From Alkalilimnicola ehrlichii MLHE-1 (lineage in GTDB: Bacteria; Pseudomonadota; Gammaproteobacteria; Nitrococcales; Halorhodospiraceae): 32,000 nt of DNA. How positions within the stretch are numbered: position 1 is the first letter of the stretch; each line of letters opens with the position of its first letter. The DNA lies in assembly GCF_000014785.1 (NCBI RefSeq), contig NC_008340.1, positions 270,001 through 302,000 on the forward strand, read 5' to 3'. The notes under the pieces were generated by a model, which was not told where the DNA came from, made no database searches, and worked only from the letters and a program-made list of their open reading frames with translations. Of the stretch, positions 7,227-16,694 are shown one piece after another. The position numbers and the translations under genes are program-made.

Positions 7227-8224
7227 CGGTCCGGCGCGAAGCGGTAGGTGCGTTCGCGCAGCTCTCGGTTGGCGTCGTCGTCATCGGGCATGGGCAGCGG
7301 CGCGGCGCGGTAAGCGGCCCGGACCACCGAGGCGTCAAAGGCGTCGTTGCCGCTGCCGCGGGTGATGGTCACCTCCTGCACGTCGCCGTGGCGGGACAGG
7401 CGGATGCGCACCAGGGCCTCCAGGCCGGCCGGGGTGCCGCTGGGGCGAACCCAGGCGCGGCGCAGCTCGGCGCTGATCCGGCCGGCGTAACTGCCCACCG
7501 TCTGTTGCACCTCGCGGGCGCGGCGCTCGGCCTCGATGGCCTCCTGGCGGGCGCGCTCCTCGGCCTGGCGCTGGCGCTCCAGCTCCTCCTGCCGGCGGCG
7601 TTCTTCCTCCTGACGCTGCCGTTCTGCCTCTTCCTGGCGCCGACGTTCTTCCTCCTGGCGCTGACGCTCCAGCTCTTCCTGGCGCCGGCGCTCTTCCTCC
7701 TGGCGCTGACGTTCTTCCTCTTCCTGACGCCGCCGTTCTTCCTCCTGGCGCCGGCGTTCCTCTTCCTCCTGGCGCCGCTGTTCCTCCTCGCGGCGCAGTC
7801 GCTCGGCCTCTTCCTGCTGGCGGCGCTCCTCTTCGCGCCGGGCCTGCTCCTCGGCCTCGCGCCGCGCCTGTTCGGCCTCCTCGCGCCGCTGCTGTTCCAG
7901 CCGCTCCTGCTCGCGGCGCTCCGCCTCCCGCCGGCGTTGTTCCTCCTCCTGGCGCCGGCGTTCCTCCTCGGCCTGACGGCGGGCCTCTTCCTCGGCGGCC
8001 TCGCGCTCGCGGATGGGGGCCATGGCCACCTCTTCATCCACCGCGAACGCCTCGATAATCTCGCCGTCGCCGGCATGCTCCTCGGTGGCCTGGGGCAGCA
8101 GCGAGACATTGGCGAAAAAGAGCCCGAAGATGAGTACGTGCAGCAGGATCGAGGCCGCAACGTAACGGCCCGGCCGGACCGGGGGTGTCTGTCGCGCCCC
8201 CTTGGGCCGCTCAGGAGGCGTCAT
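7223..8224 (-). CDS. tolA: TolA with a greatly expanded Glu/Arg/Gln helical domain II
   Basis: N-terminal TM segment YVAASILLHVLIFGLFFANV, about 170 aa of EERRRQEE-type repeats, and a TolA-like C-terminal domain (GRISAELRRAWVRP...GNDAFDASVVRAAYRAAPLP). It lies between tolR and tolB. Confidence 0.9.
   Translation of the reverse strand: MTPPERPKGARQTPPVRPGRYVAASILLHVLIFGLFFANVSLLPQATEEHAGDGEIIEAFAVDEEVAMAPIREREAAEEEARRQAEEERRRQEEEQRRREAERREQERLEQQRREEAEQARREAEEQARREEERRQQEEAERLRREEEQRRQEEEERRRQEEERRRQEEEERQRQEEERRRQEELERQRQEEERRRQEEAERQRQEEERRRQEELERQRQAEERARQEAIEAERRAREVQQTVGSYAGRISAELRRAWVRPSGTPAGLEALVRIRLSRHGDVQEVTITRGSGNDAFDASVVRAAYRAAPLPMPDDDDANRELRERTYRFAPDR
7505..8011 (-). repeat. Charged coding repeat region inside tolA
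   Basis: Reiterated cctcctggcgc(c/t)g(a/g)cg(c/t)tc-type units encode QEEEERRRQEEERRRQEEEERQRQEEERRRQEELERQRQ and similar. Confidence 0.8.
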
Positions 8225-8225
8225 G

Positions 8226-8675
8226 TCAGCCCTCGCCGTCCGGCCTGCGGGTCATCAGCCCGACACCCGCCGCCCCGGCATCGCGTAGCCGCACCATCAC
8301 CGATACCACGTCGCCGTAGGGCACGTTGCTGTCGCCGTTGACCAGCACCCGCTTGTCGGGGCTGTCCGTCAATATGGCCATGACCGCACGGGAAAGTTCA
8401 CCCCTGTCCAGCGGTGCTTCCGGATCGTCGGCCATGTTCAGGTAGTAGCGACCGTCGGCATCCACCGAAACGATCAGCGGCTCCTGGGGCGGGTCCTGCT
8501 CGGCCTGGGCGTCCACCTGGGGCAGGTCCACGTCCACGCCCTGGTAGAGCAGCGGTGCGGTGACCATGAAGATGACCAGCAGCACCAGCATGACGTCGAT
8601 GTAGGGGACCACGTTGATCTCCGACATCGGCCGTCGCCGGGTACGGTGGCCCTGGGGGTTGGCGGAATAGGGCAC
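8226..8675 (-). CDS. tolR: TolR (ExbD/TolR family)
   Basis: RTRRRPMSEINVVPYIDVMLVLLVIFMVTAPLL matches the E. coli TolR N-terminus pattern (SEINIVPLLDVLLVLLLIFM). It lies between tolQ and tolA. Confidence 0.92.
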   Translation of the reverse strand: MPYSANPQGHRTRRRPMSEINVVPYIDVMLVLLVIFMVTAPLLYQGVDVDLPQVDAQAEQDPPQEPLIVSVDADGRYYLNMADDPEAPLDRGELSRAVMAILTDSPDKRVLVNGDSNVPYGDVVSVMVRLRDAGAAGVGLMTRRPDGEG

Positions 8676-8687
8676 GGCGCGACCTCC

Positions 8688-9395
8688 TCAGTGGCCTGCC
8701 TGGCCGGCGGCGAATTCCGTGGGCCCATGGGTGTTGCGTTGCAGGATGCTGGTGAACTCCTCCACGAAGGTCTCGTAGCGGTTGATCAGCCGTTCCACCT
8801 GGTTGGCGTACTGGTTGTAGGCGATGACCGCCGGAATGGCCGCAAACAGCCCCAGCGCGGTGGCGATAAGGGCCTCGGCGATGCCCGGGGCCACGGTGGC
8901 GAGGGTGGCCTGCTGCATCTCACCCAGGGCGCGGAAGCTGTTCATGATGCCCCAGACGGTACCGAACAGACCCACATAGGGGCTCACCGACCCGACGGTG
9001 GCCAGGAAGGGGAGGTGGCGTTCCAAGTCGTCCATCTCCCGGGAGAGGGAAACCCGCATGGCCCGGTGCGAGGCCTCCACCATGGTACCGGGGGCGGTGC
9101 CCGTCTGCTTGCGCATCCGGGTGAACTCCTTGAACCCGGAGCGGAAGATCCGCTCCAGCCCGCCGTGATCCGGGTGGGGCTCGCGGATCTGGCGGTAGAT
9201 CTCGGCCAGATTACCGCCGGACCAGAAACGCTCCTCGAAGTGCACCGCCCCGTCGTGGGCCTTGCGGATGGTGGCGCGCTTGAGAAAAATCAGCGCCCAG
9301 GAGCTGACCGAGGCCAGCACCAGAATCAGCATGACCAGCTGCACCAGCAGGCTGGCCTCGAGAACAAGATGAGTGATGGATAATTCGCCCGACAT
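8688..9395 (-). CDS. tolQ: TolQ (MotA/TolQ/ExbB proton channel)
   Basis: Three TM segments. Conserved motifs include LATVGSVSPYVGLFGTVWGIM and TLATVAPGIAEALIATALGLFAAIPAVIAYN. It is the first gene of the operon. Confidence 0.92.
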   Translation of the reverse strand: MSGELSITHLVLEASLLVQLVMLILVLASVSSWALIFLKRATIRKAHDGAVHFEERFWSGGNLAEIYRQIREPHPDHGGLERIFRSGFKEFTRMRKQTGTAPGTMVEASHRAMRVSLSREMDDLERHLPFLATVGSVSPYVGLFGTVWGIMNSFRALGEMQQATLATVAPGIAEALIATALGLFAAIPAVIAYNQYANQVERLINRYETFVEEFTSILQRNTHGPTEFAAGQAGH

Positions 9396-9558
9396 CAGCG
9401 CGCTCCGGTCGCGGCACCGCCCGTTGGATGGACCTTATGACAGCTCTAAGAAAGGGCGCGTAAGCCCATGGTTTGCAACGGGGACTAATGTAGCGGGAGC
9501 GGGGTCGGCGGGCAACCACCAAGGCTTAGGGGTAATGCGGGCGGCCGTCGCGCCCCGC

Positions 9559-9750
9559 CATCGGGAGGGGCGAAGGCTTTCCCCTCGTCATCGCGGGGGC
9601 CGAAGGCTTTCCCCTCGTCATCGCGAGGGCCGAAGGCCCGTGGCGATCCAGAGCGGTAGACTGCCACGTCGGCTTCGCCTCCTCGCAGTGACGGTGGGGG
9701 TGGGTCCGCGTTCGCAGTGACGGTGGGGGCGACCCTCGCGATGGCGGGGG
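9559..9750 (-). repeat. REP-like array B (same family as array A, opposite orientation): two half-units, one full unit and two degenerate ends
   Basis: cccctcgtcatcgcg(g/a)gggccgaaggc occurs twice. It is followed by the full unit ...ccgtggcgatccagagcggtagactgccacgtcggcttcgcctcctcgcagtgacgg, which is the reverse complement of the array A/C unit. Confidence 0.9.
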
Positions 9751-9763
9751 ACGCCGGTAAGGC

Positions 9764-12094
9764 CTACACGTCTTCCTCGTCCTCGTAGCCGGAGTAGTCC
9801 CGCTCCTCGTCGTGGGTGGCCTCCGGTTCGGCCATCGTCGCCTCCACGGCCGCCAGGGCGCTCATGTTGACGATCGCCCGCACGGTGGAGGAGGGCGTCA
9901 GGATGTGCGCCGGTCGCGCCGAGCCGAGCAGGATGGGCCCCACCGAGACGCCGTCGGTGGTCACCTTCAGCAGGTTGAAGGCGATATTGGCCGCGTCCAG
10001 GGTGGGCATGACCAGCAGGTTGGCCTGCCCCTTGAGCTCATTGTTGGGGAAGATGCGCTTGCGGATCTCCTCCGAGACCGCGGCATCGCCGTGCATCTCG
10101 CCCTCCACGTCCAGGCCGGGGTCGGCGTCGCGGATCAGCTGCAGGGCGTCCCGCATCTTCCGGGCGCTCTCGGCGTTGGAGGTGCCAAAGCTGGAGTGCG
10201 ATAGCAGGGCCACCTTGGGGGTAATGCCGAAGCGTCGGACCTCGTCGGCGGCCAGGGTGGTCATCTCGGCGATCTGATGGGCGTTGGGGTCGTGGTTGAC
10301 GTAGGTGTCCACGATAAAGAACGTGCCCTTGGGCAGGATGAGCACGTTCATCGCCGCCATGTTGCGCACCCCCGCCCGGCGCCCGATCACATTTTCGATG
10401 TGCCCTATTTGCCGATGGTAACGGCCCACACTGCCGCCGACGAGCGCGTCCGCCTCGCCGCGCCGGACCATCAGTGCGCCGATCACCGTGGTCCGGGTGC
10501 GCACGATGGTGCGGGCCCGGGCCGGGGTGACACCGCGCCGCTCCATGATGGAGTGGTAGAGCTGCCAGTACTCGCGGTAGCGGGGATCGTCCTCCGGGTC
10601 GGCCAGATCCACGTTCTTGCCGATCTCCAGGCGCAGGCCCAGGCGCTTGATGCGCATCTCCACCACTTTGCGCCGGCCGACCAGGATGGGCTTGGCCAGG
10701 CCGTCGTCCACCACCACCTGTACGGCACGCAGTACCCGTTCCTCCTCGCCATCGGTGTAGACCACCCGCTTGGGGTTGGTGCGCGCCCGCTCGAAGATGG
10801 GCTTCATCACCAGGCCCGATTGGAAGACGAACTGCGACAGCTCCATGTGGTAGGCGTCGAAGTCCTCGATGGGCCGGGTGGCCACGCCGCTCTCCGTGGC
10901 CGCCCTGGCCACCGCCGGGGCGATCTTCAGGATCAAGCGCGGGTCAAAGGGCCGGGGGATGAGGTACTCCGGGCCGAACCGCAATGACTTGCCGCCATAG
11001 GCGGCGGTGACCACGTCGGAGGATTCGGCCATGGCCAGATCGGCAATGGCATAGACGGCGGCCAGCTTCATCTCCTCGTTGATGGTGGTGGCACCCACGT
11101 CCAGCGCCCCCCGGAAGATGAAGGGGAAGCAGAGCACGTTGTTGACCTGGTTGGGGTAGTCCGACCGACCGGTGGCGATGATGGCGTCCGGGCGCGCCTC
11201 CTTGGCCAGCTCCGGCAGGATCTCCGGCACCGGGTTGGCCAGCGCCATGATGATGGGACTGTCGGCCATCTGCTTGACCATCGCCTGGCTGAGCACCCCG
11301 GGTGCGGACAGCCCGAGGAAGATGTCGGCACCCTCGATGACCTCCTTCATGGTGCGGGCGGAGGTCTCGCGGGCGTAGCCCTCCTTGCGCTCGTCCATGT
11401 ACTCCTTGCGGCCCTTGTAGACGATGCCTTTGGAGTCGGCGACGAAGATGTTCTCCTTGTTCATGCCCATGGACACCAGGATGTCCAGGCAGGCGATGGC
11501 CGCCGCGCCGGCACCGGAGCAACAAAGCTTCACGTCCTCGATCTTCTTGTCCACCACCCGCAGGCCGTTGAGCACCGCCGCGGCGGTGATAATGGCGGTG
11601 CCGTGCTGGTCGTCGTGGAAGACCGGGATGTTCATCCGCTTGCGCAGCGCGGACTCCACCTGGAAGCACTCCGGGGCCTTGATGTCCTCCAGGTTGATGC
11701 CGCCGAAGGTGGGCTCCAGGCTGGCGATGATCTCGGTGAGCTTGTCCGGGTCCTGCTCATTGATCTCGATGTCGAAGACATCAATGCCGGCGAACTTCTT
11801 GAACAGGACGCCCTTGCCCTCCATCACCGGCTTGGAGGCCAGCGGGCCGATATTGCCCAGGCCGAGCACGGCGGTGCCGTTGGTGATCACCGCCACCATA
11901 TTGCCCCGCGCGGTGTACTTTGAAGCCGCCTGCGGATCGTTGACGATCTCCTCGCAGGCCGCCGCCACGCCCGGCGAGTAGGCCAGCGCCAGGTCACGCT
12001 GGTTGGCCAGCGGCTTGGTGGGCACGACCTGCAGCTTACCGGGGCGGGGGAATTCGTGGTATTCGAGGGCGTTGTCGCGGAAGTTGTCGGACAT
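9764..12094 (-). CDS. maeB: NADP-dependent malic enzyme (malic enzyme domain plus PTA-like C-terminal domain)
   Basis: Start [21 protein letters not shown] at 12094 with GGAGA upstream. Motifs include [29 protein letters not shown] and [10 protein letters not shown]. The C-terminal half of about 330 aa is phosphotransacetylase-like. The ORF-track start at 12217 adds 41 implausible residues. Confidence 0.92.
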   Translation of the reverse strand: MSDNFRDNALEYHEFPRPGKLQVVPTKPLANQRDLALAYSPGVAAACEEIVNDPQAASKYTARGNMVAVITNGTAVLGLGNIGPLASKPVMEGKGVLFKKFAGIDVFDIEINEQDPDKLTEIIASLEPTFGGINLEDIKAPECFQVESALRKRMNIPVFHDDQHGTAIITAAAVLNGLRVVDKKIEDVKLCCSGAGAAAIACLDILVSMGMNKENIFVADSKGIVYKGRKEYMDERKEGYARETSARTMKEVIEGADIFLGLSAPGVLSQAMVKQMADSPIIMALANPVPEILPELAKEARPDAIIATGRSDYPNQVNNVLCFPFIFRGALDVGATTINEEMKLAAVYAIADLAMAESSDVVTAAYGGKSLRFGPEYLIPRPFDPRLILKIAPAVARAATESGVATRPIEDFDAYHMELSQFVFQSGLVMKPIFERARTNPKRVVYTDGEEERVLRAVQVVVDDGLAKPILVGRRKVVEMRIKRLGLRLEIGKNVDLADPEDDPRYREYWQLYHSIMERRGVTPARARTIVRTRTTVIGALMVRRGEADALVGGSVGRYHRQIGHIENVIGRRAGVRNMAAMNVLILPKGTFFIVDTYVNHDPNAHQIAEMTTLAADEVRRFGITPKVALLSHSSFGTSNAESARKMRDALQLIRDADPGLDVEGEMHGDAAVSEEIRKRIFPNNELKGQANLLVMPTLDAANIAFNLLKVTTDGVSVGPILLGSARPAHILTPSSTVRAIVNMSALAAVEATMAEPEATHDEERDYSGYEDEEDV

Positions 12095-12361
12095 GGTGTC
12101 TCCGAGCTTGTTGTCCTGGTTCTGGGGTCGGATCGAGGGTCGGGTGCTGATTTGATTTATTATTACCGCCGTCGGGTGTTTCCGGGGCGCACAAGAACAG
12201 TGCAACCGGGACCGCACAGGCCGCGTCAGGGCAGGGCGTCAATCCGTGCGCCGGCGGTCATTAATAATCGACTGCACCTTCCAATTATAGAGCCCTATGG
12301 CCCGGTCTGGCCACCGTGGTCAGACAACCTTTCCAGGGCGCAGCATAGGATCGTGGGTCCG

Positions 12362-13052
12362 CTACCGCCGCGCCAGCCTGTCGCGAAGCCAGTCCCGGAT
12401 AATGGCCCCCGGGTTGGCGAGTGATGAGCGCCCCTCGGCTGTTTCCTTGATCACGGCAAGGACCTGTGCATCCTGTCGTTTCGGGCGCCGCTTGCCCCAT
12501 GCGGTCAGCCCGGCATCCAGGGCCTCGGTAAACCCGCGGCTCCAGGCCTGCAGTTCGTCGCTGGTCAGATCGGCGGGCAGCAGCACCAGTCGGGGCTCTC
12601 CGGAGAGCCCGCCAAGAGGCTCCTGCAATTCCTCCAGGCGTTGCATGAGCCCGTTCCGGCGGGGCGAGCTCAGCGCGATGGTAGAGCACCAGCAGGCACT
12701 CGATGCCCGGCGCCGTGGCCTTGTCGGCGTTGAGCGCGACCGCCCGGTCTGCCGCCTCGAGGAAGTCCTCGCCGCGCCGCTTGCCGTCCTCGGCCATACG
12801 ACGGGCCTCGTCCAGGAGCAGGTGCAGCAGCTGGGCAGGGGCCAACCTGGGATCGGCCGATTCCCCGGAGGCGGTCATCACCTCCTTCACGAGCTGCCGG
12901 GCTACGCCGCGGTGGGTGACCAGGCGCCGGACATGGTCGGTAATGGTATCGGGCTGGCGCAAAAGCACGTTGTCGTCCGGTCGCGCGAGCAGGGCCAATA
13001 CATTGTCCATTTCGCGGGCCCAGTGGGGACGGTGTGTTTTCTTGCGGCTCAT
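12362..13052 (-). pseudogene. Hypothetical protein gene split by a 1-nt frameshift (or sequencing error) at a G4/C4 run
   Basis: The frame from ATG 13052 reads plausibly up to ...IECLLVLYHRAELAPPE and then becomes R/G/A/P-rich nonsense down to 12285. A second frame reads plausibly from MQRLEELQEPLGGLSGEPRLVLLPADLTSDELQAWSRGF... to a stop at 12362. Removing one base from gggg (12661-12664) joins them as ...HRAELARRNGLMQRLEEL... Confidence 0.55.
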
Positions 13053-13176
13053 AGTGGCTGGCTATCGTTTGTGGCAATGAATAATGTGGCGATGAACCAA
13101 TCGGGCCTGCGACAGGGCGTCCGCCGGCCCAATCAGCGTAACCCGAAGCCGGTGAGGAGGTAGCCGTGGAGGGTGA

Positions 13177-14214
<1,038 letters not shown>

Positions 14215-14476
14215 GGAGGCTGAAAGAACGCTTTGGCCGGCCTCACCCCGACGTGCCCGCACGCCGGCCAGAGCGCAGCCGAAAACCTTAAGCAATGATG
14301 TGGGAACTGACGTTTTTCGGCAGTCCGTAGCGCCTGGTAGGGGCAGTGACCCTTTTTTGAGAGGGGAAAAGGCGACGCCTTAGGCATTGGCCTCGCCGGA
14401 CGGCGAGATAATGTTGGTGTTTAAAAACAGTGAGTTGGAGGGCGCTTGGCTGAATGGAGCCTGGCCGCGCCTGAGT

Positions 14477-14493
14477 TGGCAATACTTTTGCAT
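14477..14493 (+). promoter_or_regulatory. Sigma-54 (-24/-12) promoter of the first pilin gene
   Basis: TGGCAATACTTTTGCAT matches TGGCAC-N5-TTGCA at GG (14478-79) and GC (14490-91) with exact spacing. It lies about 90 nt upstream of ATG 14584, and a PilR-type sigma-54 activator is encoded in the window. Confidence 0.75.
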
Positions 14494-14583
14494 TGGTAAA
14501 CGTTGAGGGGAGGGCATCCTCCCGCGTCATACGCGCCCGGCGACGGGTGGATAGTTAAAAGTCGACTCTACGGGAGAACGACC

Positions 14584-15000
14584 ATGCAAAAGCAACAGGG
14601 TTTTACTTTGATCGAGCTGATGATCGTGGTGGCGATCATCGGTATTTTGGCGGCGATTGCGATTCCGCAGTATCAGAATTATGTTACTCGGTCTCAGGCA
14701 TCTTCGGCGTTGAGCACGCTCTCTTCTCTGAGGACCTCATTTGAGGAGGCTATTCAACGAGGAGTGGACCCTTCATTTAATTCAGAGGATGCTGGTTTTA
14801 TCGGCATGGCAAGTGACGAACCGGACATCGGTACGCTGTCTTTCAGAGCGGACGACGGTGGTCTTGATTTTGACTTTAGTACTGAGGCCACTGCTGATCT
14901 TCAAAACGGAACATTGTCACTCGTAAGAACTGCACAAGGTTCTTGGAGCTGCCAGAGCGATGGTATAGAAGACCGTTTCCTCCCGCGGGGCTGTGACTAA
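14584..15000 (+). CDS. Type IVa major-pilin-like protein (138 aa)
   Basis: Prepilin leader [34 protein letters not shown]-terminal disulfide loop [27 protein letters not shown] lies upstream of ATG 14584. Confidence 0.9.
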   Translation: MQKQQGFTLIELMIVVAIIGILAAIAIPQYQNYVTRSQASSALSTLSSLRTSFEEAIQRGVDPSFNSEDAGFIGMASDEPDIGTLSFRADDGGLDFDFSTEATADLQNGTLSLVRTAQGSWSCQSDGIEDRFLPRGCD

Positions 15001-15112
15001 GCAAGTGGGGGTCAGAGCTAGGGGTGAGGTCTTGCACTGCCACATTGGCTGAGGGAACGAGTTGATTGCTGGCAGTTGATTTCGGGTCCTAACTCCCGGC
15101 CCTAGCCTTGAG

Positions 15113-15144
15113 AGCCCCGGTGTAACAGCCGGGGCTTTTCTTCT
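15113..15144 (+). terminator. Rho-independent terminator after the first pilin gene
   Basis: agccccgg-tgtaacag-ccggggct followed by tttcttct. Confidence 0.8.
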
Positions 15145-15165
15145 GGCAGGGCAGAAATGGATACT

Positions 15166-15579
15166 TTAGCTGTTGCCTCGCGCGCCCCGGTATTCGTTCA
15201 GGATTGGCAGCAAGTCCCAATACTCGTTCCGCGACTGCACTTCGAACGCGACTCGCCTGTTCGGCGCCTTGTCGATCAGTAACAGACCGTCGCGCAGCAC
15301 ACGGTGAACAAGGTCCGGCGGTACCTGGTTCAGGTGCACCAGGTCTACCCTGCGGCCGAGCGCATCTTCCAGATTCAGCTTCAATCGGGTAAGGGGTTTG
15401 AGAAGCCCCGGCTCGATCTCATCCGGGGTGAGCACAGCGATGTCCACGTCGCTTCGGGGGCCTGCGTCACCGCGAGCGACGCTGCCGAAAAGATAAGCGT
15501 AGATGACGGCAGGCTCATCCGTAAGCAACGGTGTGAGCTGGTTGGCCAGGCCGTGTGGGTCATGCGTCGGCAATTCCAT
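15166..15579 (-). CDS. MntA-like nucleotidyltransferase (antitoxin-type minimal NTase), with no HepT/DUF86 partner
   Basis: Start MELPTHD at 15579. NTase motif LFGSVARGDAGPRSDVDIAVL (GS-x9-DxD). The C-terminal helix region is FEVQSRNEYWDLLPILNEY. Only about 20 nt separate its stop from the pilin terminator, so there is no room for a toxin gene. Confidence 0.7.
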   Translation of the reverse strand: MELPTHDPHGLANQLTPLLTDEPAVIYAYLFGSVARGDAGPRSDVDIAVLTPDEIEPGLLKPLTRLKLNLEDALGRRVDLVHLNQVPPDLVHRVLRDGLLLIDKAPNRRVAFEVQSRNEYWDLLPILNEYRGARGNS

Positions 15580-15609
15580 CCCGTTATGCTGAGCGGGTCG
15601 TGCCGCCTG

Positions 15610-15900
15610 TGCAAGGCGGGTGTGAACGCCAAGGGTATGCGCTACCTCAACGGGGTTTACACTCAGTTCGTGAGCCGGACGCACCGGCGTGTCGGGCCTG
15701 TCTTTCAGGGCCGCTACAAGGCCATCCTGGTTGAAAAAGGGGATTATCTGCTCGAACTGGCCCGCTATGTGGCGCTGAATCCGGTGCGAGCGGAAATGGT
15801 CAATGATGCTGCCGATTGGCCCTGGCGCAGCCACCGGGCGATGCTTGGGGCCGTGGAGGTGCCCGACTGGTTGACGTGCGACCGGCTGCGCCAGCAAATC
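15610..15900 (+). pseudogene. Fragment of a REP-associated tyrosine transposase (RAYT / IS200-like Y1 transposase), truncated at both ends
   Basis: GMRYLNGVYTQFVSRTHRRVGPVFQGRYKAILVEKGDYLLELARYVALNPVRAEMVNDAADWPWRSHRAMLG matches the conserved C-terminal half of RAYTs (LNG.YTQ.FNRRH...GHLFQGRYK..LVE...YLLEL.RYI.LNPVRAG.V....YPWSS). The N-terminal HUH-containing half is absent and is replaced by the antisense NTase gene. Confidence 0.7.
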
Positions 15901-15905
15901 TACCT

Positions 15906-15921
15906 TGGCACAGAACCTGCT
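15906..15921 (+). promoter_or_regulatory. Sigma-54 (-24/-12) promoter of the second pilin gene
   Basis: TGGCACAGAACCTGCT has GG at 15907-08 and GC at 15919-20 with canonical spacing. It lies about 28 nt upstream of ATG 15949. Confidence 0.65.
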
Positions 15922-15948
15922 GGTTATCTCCCACGATAAGGGGGAGTT

Positions 15949-16386
15949 ATGAGCCAGAAGCAGCGGGGGTTCACACTGATTGAGCTGATGATGGTCGTCG
16001 CGATCATCGGCATCCTTGCAGCCATCGCGATACCGTCCTACATGGGCTATGTCGCACGCGCTCAGTTTGCGGATGGCCTGTCCCTGACCGGTATGGCCAA
16101 GACGGCCGTTGCCGAGCGCCTGCAGCGCGGGGAGTCATTCTCGAGTCTGGAGGATGACCTGGGAATGCAAATGGTGGGCGGCTTTGGCGGGCTCATTGAG
16201 AGGGGGTTCGACGGCAATGAGCAGGGGACCTGGACCCTTGAATACGAGTTCGGTCTGAACGGCCAGGATGTCAACTGGCTATTGGACGGCAAGAATGTCC
16301 GCTATGTCTATGACTTTGATTCCGGTGGCTGGTCGTGCCAGACGGATGTCGCGCAACGCTACGTGACAGGCTGCGAATCCGACTGA
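15949..16386 (+). CDS. Type IVa pilin-like protein, second paralogue (145 aa)
   Basis: Leader [35 protein letters not shown]-terminal disulfide loop [28 protein letters not shown] upstream. Confidence 0.9.
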   Translation: MSQKQRGFTLIELMMVVAIIGILAAIAIPSYMGYVARAQFADGLSLTGMAKTAVAERLQRGESFSSLEDDLGMQMVGGFGGLIERGFDGNEQGTWTLEYEFGLNGQDVNWLLDGKNVRYVYDFDSGGWSCQTDVAQRYVTGCESD

Positions 16387-16597
16387 GTTAGGGGGTGGCG
16401 TGAATCGTTCACATTGCCGTGATGGGTGACGCGATGGGGTGACCATTTGCGTCATCGGTGGCGTGTAGCGTCAATGTTGCTGCACGTGCTTTCCTTCATC
16501 AGGCTTTTCTACTGGTAACGATTGGCGACAGGAACACGTGAATCCGGCGAGTCCTGCCGTGGTGCTTTCATTTATTGAGTGCGCTTCTTGGTTTTTT

Positions 16598-16614
16598 TGG
16601 TCCGATCTCTGCAT
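16598..16614 (+). promoter_or_regulatory. Possible sigma-54-type promoter upstream of the minor pilin operon
   Basis: TGGTCCGATCTCTGCAT has GG (16599-600) and GC (16611-12) at canonical spacing, but the -24 box is weak. It lies about 80 nt upstream of the fimT-like start. Confidence 0.3.
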
Positions 16615-16694
16615 CATTGCTCAGCGCGGGGTCCATCCTGCGGTAACCGGGACAATTCGGCCCCATTTCCAACTAGCCACAGGACCAACTCATC

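Noticed and set aside
7369-8341. 263-aa minus-strand and 317-aa plus-strand ORFs overlapping tolA
   Set aside because: These are off-frame and antisense readings of the E/R/Q repeat DNA. Only the 7223-8224 frame has the TolA TM anchor and C-terminal domain.
12285-13163. 255-aa minus ORF taken at full length, and the 288-aa plus ORF 12297-13163
   Set aside because: The distal 125 or so codons of the 255-aa ORF are R/G/A/P-rich and overlap a better frame (12362-12646), so the region is interpreted as a frameshifted gene. The plus ORF is antisense shadow.
15166-15939. Full-length 243-aa minus ORF and 211-aa plus ORF, which overlap each other
   Set aside because: Each ORF is homologous to a known family over only half its length (NTase from M107 on the minus strand, RAYT block from about aa 103 on the plus strand). 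The remaining halves are antisense to the other gene, so both were trimmed.
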